A stretch of DNA of 64,000 nt from a virus: the IMG/VR virus record IMGVR_UViG_3300043409_001877, positions 77,495-141,494 of that record; one strand, written 5' to 3'. A program made the translations under genes and the position numbers. Positions 57,902 through 64,000 of this stretch are shown here, one piece after another. Under the pieces are notes generated by a model, which made no database searches, had not been told where the DNA came from, and worked only from the letters and a program-made list of their open reading frames with translations. Position 1 is the first letter of the stretch. Each line of letters starts with the position of its first letter.

Positions 57902-59476
57902 ATGGGAGCATTATTAGAATCAGGAAAAGTTGGTAACGTGAGCTTAAATCATTTAAAAGCTGTACGTACTGACGTTATTAACAGATGGGACGGTTTAGGT
58001 CTATTAGAAGGCTTAACTGGACATAAAAAAGAAAACATCGCACAATTATATGAGAACCAAGCGTCTTATATGTTGAACGAGTCAACTGCATTGGGCGTTG
58101 AAGGTTCATTTGAAACCGTAGTTTTCCCAATTGTGAGAAGAGTATTCTCTAAATTATTAGCTAACGAAATCGTTTCGGTTCAAGCTTTAAACTTACCAAT
58201 CGGTAAATTATTCTACTTCGTACCAAAAATCGGTAGATCTAATTTCGATGGTACAGGTACTAACCAAATGGCTATGGGTGAATCTTTTGATTCTAACGGT
58301 AACCTTTATGATGGTTTTTACGGTGAAGATGGATTTTACGATAAATCTAAAGGTGTTAAATCAAATGATACAGCTGCTACTGTAACAACTGCTAACCTTT
58401 ATTCATTTAGCAAAACTGGTTTCGCTAGTAAAACAGGAACTAGTATCGTTTCAGGTACAACTGAAATCGTTAAAATTACAATCGGTGCAGCTACAACTAC
58501 ACGTATTGAAGATGTTGAAGAGTTCTTAAGTACTTTAAAAGTTACTGACGGTACTGATGAATTAGATTTCTACTTCCCAGCTCAAAAATACGGTTCTCCT
58601 TTAATGGATGCTACTGGTGTAGCTTACATCGCAATTAGCGCAAAAGATGCTGAAACTGTAGCTTTAGCTGACTTAGATGTTACTTATAACACATATGGTA
58701 ACTTAGAATTAGCTGACGAAATGGGTGAGGTATCATTCGAATTGAAATCTGTAACAGTTTCTGTTATCGAAAGAAAATTAAGAGCACAATGGTCTCCAGA
58801 ATTAGCTCAAGATGTTAGTGCATTCCACAACATTGATGCTGAAGCTGAATTAACAGCTTTATTATCTGAGCAAGTTGCTGCTGAAATCGATCGTGAGATC
58901 TTACGTGACTTACGTAGAGGTGCTGCATGGAGATTATCTTGGGATTACAAAGGTGTAACTGGTCGTGGTATTGACACAACTAATGCATCTGCATTCTACA
59001 CACAAAAAGAATGGAACCAAACTTTGATCACTGCGATCAACCAAGTTTCGGCTCAAATTCACAAAGCTACTTTAAGAGGTGGTGCTAACTTTATCGTATG
59101 TTCTGCTGAGGTTTCAGCTATCTTTGATGACTTGGAATATTTCCACGTATCAAACGCTGCTCCAGAGCAAGATAAATTCAACATGGGTATTGAAAGAGTA
59201 GGTTCATTATCTGGTCGTTACCAGGTATACCGTGACCCTTACTTCCCTGCTGACACAATCTTAATGGGACATAAAGGTACTTCATTATTAGATACTGGTT
59301 ACATTTACGCACCATACGTGCCAATGCAATTAACCCCTACAATGTACAATCCGTTTACATTCGCACCAGTTAAAGGTATTATGACTCGTTATGCTAAGAA
59401 AATGGTTAATAACCGTTTCTATGGTATCATCAAAGTTAAAAATATCGTTAGCTTCGGTATCGATGGTTTAAGATAA
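57902..59476 (+). CDS. Major capsid protein (T4 gp23-like)
   Basis: PIVRRVF, VSVQ, RKLRAQWSPELAQD, DAEAEL, EIDREI, YAPYVP and KGIMTRYA. Confidence 0.97.
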   Translation: MGALLESGKVGNVSLNHLKAVRTDVINRWDGLGLLEGLTGHKKENIAQLYENQASYMLNESTALGVEGSFETVVFPIVRRVFSKLLANEIVSVQALNLPIGKLFYFVPKIGRSNFDGTGTNQMAMGESFDSNGNLYDGFYGEDGFYDKSKGVKSNDTAATVTTANLYSFSKTGFASKTGTSIVSGTTEIVKITIGAATTTRIEDVEEFLSTLKVTDGTDELDFYFPAQKYGSPLMDATGVAYIAISAKDAETVALADLDVTYNTYGNLELADEMGEVSFELKSVTVSVIERKLRAQWSPELAQDVSAFHNIDAEAELTALLSEQVAAEIDREILRDLRRGAAWRLSWDYKGVTGRGIDTTNASAFYTQKEWNQTLITAINQVSAQIHKATLRGGANFIVCSAEVSAIFDDLEYFHVSNAAPEQDKFNMGIERVGSLSGRYQVYRDPYFPADTILMGHKGTSLLDTGYIYAPYVPMQLTPTMYNPFTFAPVKGIMTRYAKKMVNNRFYGIIKVKNIVSFGIDGLR

Positions 59477-59500
59477 TCTAAACCATAAACATTAAATAAG

Positions 59501-59528
59501 AAAGGGACTCATATGAGTCCCTTTTTTT
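59501..59528. terminator. Bidirectional terminator
   Basis: Perfect palindrome AAAGGGACTC-ATAT-GAGTCCCTTT with a T-run, between convergent genes. Confidence 0.85.
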
Positions 59529-60354
59529 GTTTGTAATAGTTTAATCTTTGTATATAATCTTCTTTCCTGGATTCCGATAAAGGTTGTTTAGCCCTCGGTA
59601 AAAAATATAATTCTTCACCAAGTGATGTTATAATCTTTACAGCCGTATTCAAACAAAGATCAACATCATTAATCGAAACATATTCGTGAATGCTATGCAT
59701 ATTATAATATCCGACAGAATAATTTAAACAAGAAAAATCATATAAAGATTTTAACGCAGATACATCAGTATATGGGTGATAACCTAATTTATCTATTGTG
59801 TATTCTGGTAAACACGCTTCAAATATAGGATCTAATTTTTTAAAAAACTCATCTGCCGTTGAAAACAATTTAACACCATCAGAGTAATGACTTACCCAAT
59901 TATTAAATGGTGCGTCAAATTGTATAGCATATCCTACATTCTCAAAGAATTTGGGGTCAGATAAGTAAGAACCAAGACAACCAACCTCTTCTGAAACAAA
60001 AAACGCAGCTTTAATATTATCAAATTTTTCAAATAATTCTAAACAAACAAATATACCAGCTTTATTATCTCCACCAATACCAGTTGGGGAACCATCTGGT
60101 TTTACAGCTGATAGCGTGTAGTTATTCTCAACAACATTAAATTCAGTTACTGGGTGAACGGTATCAATATGGGCAACAACACATGGAAAGTAATCTGATT
60201 TACCTTTAGTAGCGTAAACATTACCATATTCATCAACATAATTATCTATGTTACGTTCATTGAAAAAGCTAACAAGATAATCTCTCATTCTTTCCTCATC
60301 ACCTGAGAAGCTGGGTACCGATAAAACCTCAGTAAGTCTGTTTATATTTATCAT
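59509..60354 (-). CDS. M20/M28-family metallopeptidase
   Basis: VAHIDTV, GGDNKAG, SEEVG, QFD and YYNMH..E. Confidence 0.85.
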   Translation of the reverse strand: MININRLTEVLSVPSFSGDEERMRDYLVSFFNERNIDNYVDEYGNVYATKGKSDYFPCVVAHIDTVHPVTEFNVVENNYTLSAVKPDGSPTGIGGDNKAGIFVCLELFEKFDNIKAAFFVSEEVGCLGSYLSDPKFFENVGYAIQFDAPFNNWVSHYSDGVKLFSTADEFFKKLDPIFEACLPEYTIDKLGYHPYTDVSALKSLYDFSCLNYSVGYYNMHSIHEYVSINDVDLCLNTAVKIITSLGEELYFLPRAKQPLSESRKEDYIQRLNYYKQKKGLI

Positions 60355-60884
60355 TTAAATAATTTTTCTGTATCAAAATTTGAAATATTCAAAGCATATT
60401 GATTAACAATCGGTCTACCAGTGTTATAAGCACCTAAAGCCAATTCCCATGAACCATATTTATTTTTTAAATATGATAAAATCTTCATACTTAAATAAAC
60501 ATTAAGTTTAAGGTTATTAAGCAAATCATTTTTTGTAAGTTTTTTATCCGCAAAACTATTTGCTGTTGGGACTTGTATCTGCATAGCACCATAAGCGTTT
60601 GCCGATGATGTTAACTTTGGGTTGTATCTCCAATGACGTAAACCATTATAACCACTCTCATGATGAGCCACCCCAAAAGCTATGTTAGTCGGAACATTAA
60701 ATTCCTCAGAAAACTCCATCAAATAATAATACATCTGTACTGATGTTGGTATACAACTGTTTTCTAGCTTACTGATACCTTCTATTGGATTCTCTATTCT
60801 ATTTACTTCAGTTTTCCAACCTAAAAAAAGTATGAATCCAAATATAAGTACCATTAATACGATTAATCTACTTATTAATTTCAT
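60351..60884 (-). CDS. Lytic transglycosylase (SLT domain) with an N-terminal TM/signal segment
   Basis: HES, A.GAMQI and ALGAYNTG; hydrophobic residues ~7-23. Confidence 0.85.
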   Translation of the reverse strand: MKLISRLIVLMVLIFGFILFLGWKTEVNRIENPIEGISKLENSCIPTSVQMYYYLMEFSEEFNVPTNIAFGVAHHESGYNGLRHWRYNPKLTSSANAYGAMQIQVPTANSFADKKLTKNDLLNNLKLNVYLSMKILSYLKNKYGSWELALGAYNTGRPIVNQYALNISNFDTEKLFK

Positions 60885-60886
60885 AA

Positions 60887-61243
60887 CTATTTTGTTTTAA
60901 TTGCCTCTTCTTTTAATTGAGTGGCTGTTTGGTTAAATACACCATTTGTTACAGTGGCATCTACAATCATCAAAGGCTTACCTGTTTTTATATCCATGAA
61001 TAATGTATTTTTTTTACCATCAGACCACATAGTGATGTCTTGATCGGTATAAACTTTAATACCTTTATCCGTTTCATTTATTCTATTGAACACTGTGTTA
61101 TAATAATAACCTATTACAAATCCTGAGCCAATTGCCATAAGTATAATAGAAATAGCGCCAATTTTTTTAAGCACACCTGTAATATGTACTTTAATTTTTT
61201 CGATGGTAATATTAGTACCTTTTAAAATTTCTTCTTTTGTCAT
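60887..61243 (-). CDS. Single-pass membrane protein
   Basis: TM segment IGAISIILMAIGSGFVIGYYY. Confidence 0.7.
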   Translation of the reverse strand: MTKEEILKGTNITIEKIKVHITGVLKKIGAISIILMAIGSGFVIGYYYNTVFNRINETDKGIKVYTDQDITMWSDGKKNTLFMDIKTGKPLMIVDATVTNGVFNQTATQLKEEAIKTK

Positions 61244-61260
61244 AATAATTTTTTTTAAGT

Positions 61261-61292
61261 TAAATAAAAATGCCAGAGCATAAACTCTGGCA
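61261..61292 (-). terminator. Intrinsic terminator abutting a promoter
   Basis: TGCCAGAG-N6-CTCTGGCA followed by TTTTTATTTA on the minus strand. Confidence 0.7.
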
Positions 61293-61324
61293 CAAATATA
61301 GATTGTTTTTATTTAACAACCAAA
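61293..61324 (-). promoter_or_regulatory. Bacteroidota-type promoter
   Basis: Minus strand TTTG-N20-TATATTTG. Confidence 0.7.
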
Positions 61325-61335
61325 TTTTTTGACAA

Positions 61336-63480
61336 TTAATCTGTAAGTAATTGATTTACAGCGTTTATCACAGTACTAATTTCAATTGTTTTAGAACACT
61401 CGAACATTCTATCAGTATTTTTATGGTCTGGACACCATTCCCAATCACCAGGATTTAGCCAATGTCTGTTAAAACAACCACCACATACATTTGGATTATC
61501 ATTAGAAATTCTAATGCAATCGCTAAATTCCGTATATGGGTAACTAAACCCAGATATCATAATTGTTTTAGTTCCTAGAGCCCAAGACATCCAACTTAAC
61601 CCACTACCAACACCAATAAATAATGATGCGTTTTTAATATCTAACATTCTTTCATCCATTGGTAAGTCACCAGTCATATTTATTACATTTTGTAACGTAC
61701 CACCTAATTTAGAATCATGCCAAGCATCACCTAATTTTTCTTGTGTTAACATAACAACAGCATAACCTAATGAATTAATATGATCAACAACAGCTTGCCA
61801 ACCACCTGGTTTATTCCAATATTTAGCATGTGCTGATGCGTGTGGTGCAATTACAACATACTTCTTATCAGTCGGTAATTTACTTAATGAGTTTTTCAAC
61901 ACCATATTAGGTTTAACCTCTTTATACTCCAAACCAAGAATAGCACTTGCTGTTTCTTGTAACGGTTTAATTCTAAAGTTAATAGGTACTTTATCATATT
62001 TTATTTCTTGACCATCATAATACCAACCTACTGTATACATGGCGTATAAATCATACACAACCTCACCTGGTTTAATGAATGTAATATCTGGATAACCCTC
62101 AACAAACCAATCATTTTTCCATGTGGATACTGTTAATTTGCAATTATGTTTTTTCTTAAATTCATTAAGTATAGGCATCCAAGCTAAGGTGTCACCAATA
62201 GCACTAGAATCTAAAGCGATATAAATATGTTTATTGGTTGCGTCAAATTTATACTCATAATACAATTCATTATCTCTATAAACTTTTATCACCCAATTAA
62301 TATAATATTCTTTTGAAGCCTTACACCAATGATTAGTTCTAATAGTTGTTGAATATTCTATCTTATTAGTATCACCATCAATAAAATCAACACGATATTC
62401 ATTATTACTTCCACCTTTAATTTCAACTTTAGGCCCGTTAATAAATGAACAGTTTATACTATCTTTCAATTTAATACCATCTCTGATGGTTATAGGCGTT
62501 TCTTCGTAAATTTTCATTAGTTTATGTTTCATACTTTTTTTATTTTTTAAAATTTCTTCATATATGTTTAATAATTTTTTTGTAACATTCTTAAATGAAT
62601 GATTTTCAGCTGTTTTTAATACAGCTTCTTTTATTCTATCATAATTAACTATTGAAAATCTGATAGCATCCATAATTTGTTTAATATCCCTCTCTATTCT
62701 AATTAAACCAGATAACTTAGTAGCTGGTTCGAATGTAGCTATAACTGATAAACCACAAGCCATAGCTTCTAGTAATGTTAAATTAGGGTGCCCAGCTTCT
62801 AAGATGGAAGGGTGTAAGAATATTGTATGATCTTGGTACACCTTTAATAATTCCTCTTCATTTAAATCATATAATACAGTCAAATGTTTATATGATTGTT
62901 TATATCTTTCAAAGAAAGCTTTGTTATTTGAAGGCCCTGCAATTGTGATTGGTAAGTTTAAATTTTTAGCAGCTTGTATAGCATAAGAAAACCCTTTTCT
63001 ATCAAAACTATTATCACCAGCAAAACCATTATTTGCAACACAAAGTAATTTATGTGATTGTGGTGGTGTATTTGAAGGTTTGAAAAAATCAGTATTTACA
63101 CCATGTTCTAGATAATGTAATTTAGGGTGATTATTAAAATATGGTATTAGAAATTTGGCTGGAACAAAACTTAAAACAGATTTATCAATAGCTGCTAAAT
63201 TTTGTTTAAATGTTTCAGAATCTTTACCATAAACGTATGCGTGGTGATCGTGCAACGTAAATATATAATCATAACCTCTTTCCTTAGCCTCTAATGAAAG
63301 ATTAGCTACGTGGGTGTGAATTATATCGAATGACTTATCAACATCGTTTAGATACCTTATATGACTTTCGTTACCCTCATCATTAGATACGTTATGATAC
63401 TCCCATATAATTTTTTCAACCGCACCCCAACCATTTGGTGGAATTGCTATTAAACCTGGTGTTACTTGACAAATCTTCAT
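61336..63480 (-). CDS. GT4 glycosyltransferase fused to an Aah/TibC-like protein O-heptosyltransferase
   Basis: N-terminal IPPNGWGAVE..EAGHPNLTLLEAMACG. C-terminal SSAIGDTLAW, FIGVGSGLSW..WA..MISGFS and CGGCFN..WCP.H..FECSK. Confidence 0.85.
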   Translation of the reverse strand: MKICQVTPGLIAIPPNGWGAVEKIIWEYHNVSNDEGNESHIRYLNDVDKSFDIIHTHVANLSLEAKERGYDYIFTLHDHHAYVYGKDSETFKQNLAAIDKSVLSFVPAKFLIPYFNNHPKLHYLEHGVNTDFFKPSNTPPQSHKLLCVANNGFAGDNSFDRKGFSYAIQAAKNLNLPITIAGPSNNKAFFERYKQSYKHLTVLYDLNEEELLKVYQDHTIFLHPSILEAGHPNLTLLEAMACGLSVIATFEPATKLSGLIRIERDIKQIMDAIRFSIVNYDRIKEAVLKTAENHSFKNVTKKLLNIYEEILKNKKSMKHKLMKIYEETPITIRDGIKLKDSINCSFINGPKVEIKGGSNNEYRVDFIDGDTNKIEYSTTIRTNHWCKASKEYYINWVIKVYRDNELYYEYKFDATNKHIYIALDSSAIGDTLAWMPILNEFKKKHNCKLTVSTWKNDWFVEGYPDITFIKPGEVVYDLYAMYTVGWYYDGQEIKYDKVPINFRIKPLQETASAILGLEYKEVKPNMVLKNSLSKLPTDKKYVVIAPHASAHAKYWNKPGGWQAVVDHINSLGYAVVMLTQEKLGDAWHDSKLGGTLQNVINMTGDLPMDERMLDIKNASLFIGVGSGLSWMSWALGTKTIMISGFSYPYTEFSDCIRISNDNPNVCGGCFNRHWLNPGDWEWCPDHKNTDRMFECSKTIEISTVINAVNQLLTD

Positions 63481-64000
63481 TATTTAAAAAATATTTTATC
63501 GTATATAGAAATTAAATTATTATTTTCATCAACACTTCTAACATCTAAAACTGGTGAATCTCTATGATAAATAAAAAAAGCATCTGGATCCATTAAATTT
63601 GTTTTCTCAAATGTCAATAAATCAACTAATGGTTGATCTCTAATCACAGTGTATAAATAAAAAGGTATTTTAGCTAATGATAAGTAAATTGATAATGATG
63701 AAAAATGCATGTGTCTTTCTTTAGCGTATGCAAAATCCTGTAACGCACTTAAAAAATCTTTATTTAAATCAGTCGGTTCAAAATGTGGTAGAAATTTATG
63801 CATAACTTCAGTACACATCAATTTATTACTACTGTATTTAAATTGCAAATCTAGATTTAAAATAAAATCTTCATCAACACCTAAACCATATTCTTCAGCA
63901 TAAAATTCTGGTACGTATTTATCTGGAGATATTCTAAACCCAAAGTTGTAATATCTACTTACATTTAAATTTTTAACGTAATCATGGGGATTGAATTTAT
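63480..64000 (-). CDS. Hypothetical protein, 5' end outside the window
   Basis: The frame of track ORF 63480..63848 stays open to the window edge; its stop overlaps the next ATG. Confidence 0.7.
   Translation of the reverse strand, partial: KFNPHDYVKNLNVSRYYNFGFRISPDKYVPEFYAEEYGLGVDEDFILNLDLQFKYSSNKLMCTEVMHKFLPHFEPTDLNKDFLSALQDFAYAKERHMHFSSLSIYLSLAKIPFYLYTVIRDQPLVDLLTFEKTNLMDPDAFFIYHRDSPVLDVRSVDENNNLISIYDKIFFK

Noticed and set aside
1-64000. Stop-codon reassignment, as seen in some large phages
   Set aside because: Core genes are full length in the standard code, and both TGA and TAG are used as plausible stops.
1-64000. tRNA, rRNA, integrase or transposase genes
   Set aside because: None were recognised. 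Intergenic gaps are short and AT-rich, though a covariance-model scan was not possible.

Overview
This window is a very AT-rich, gene-dense segment of a large contractile-tailed dsDNA phage with T4-like virion genes. A Bacteroidota host is likely, based on TTG-N20-TAnnTTTG promoters, A-rich leaders without Shine-Dalgarno sites and a DUF4494-like gene. The minus strand carries a tail module: partial tape measure, chaperone with a probable frameshift, tube, sheath, tail terminator and head completion. The plus strand carries an SNF2 helicase, neck and fibre genes, a family B DNA polymerase, a ~16 kb glycosylation region (with dut and phoH), a gp55-like late sigma factor, baseplate genes and the head module (terminase, portal, protease, scaffold, major capsid). 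The window ends in a minus-strand block with a peptidase, a transglycosylase and a heptosyltransferase. The most notable observations are: (1) a DarG/TARG1-like macrodomain inserted in the polymerase proofreading domain, a candidate built-in counter to DNA ADP-ribosylation defence; (2) a self-contained nonulosonic (sialic-like, possibly KDN) acid pathway with two candidate sialyltransferases, plus an Aah/TibC-type protein heptosyltransferase, suggesting virion glycosylation; (3) a late-promoter motif TATTTAT that is the reverse complement of the T4 late promoter core; (4) codon-level avoidance of GGWCC. All family assignments come from motif recognition by eye; no searches were run.
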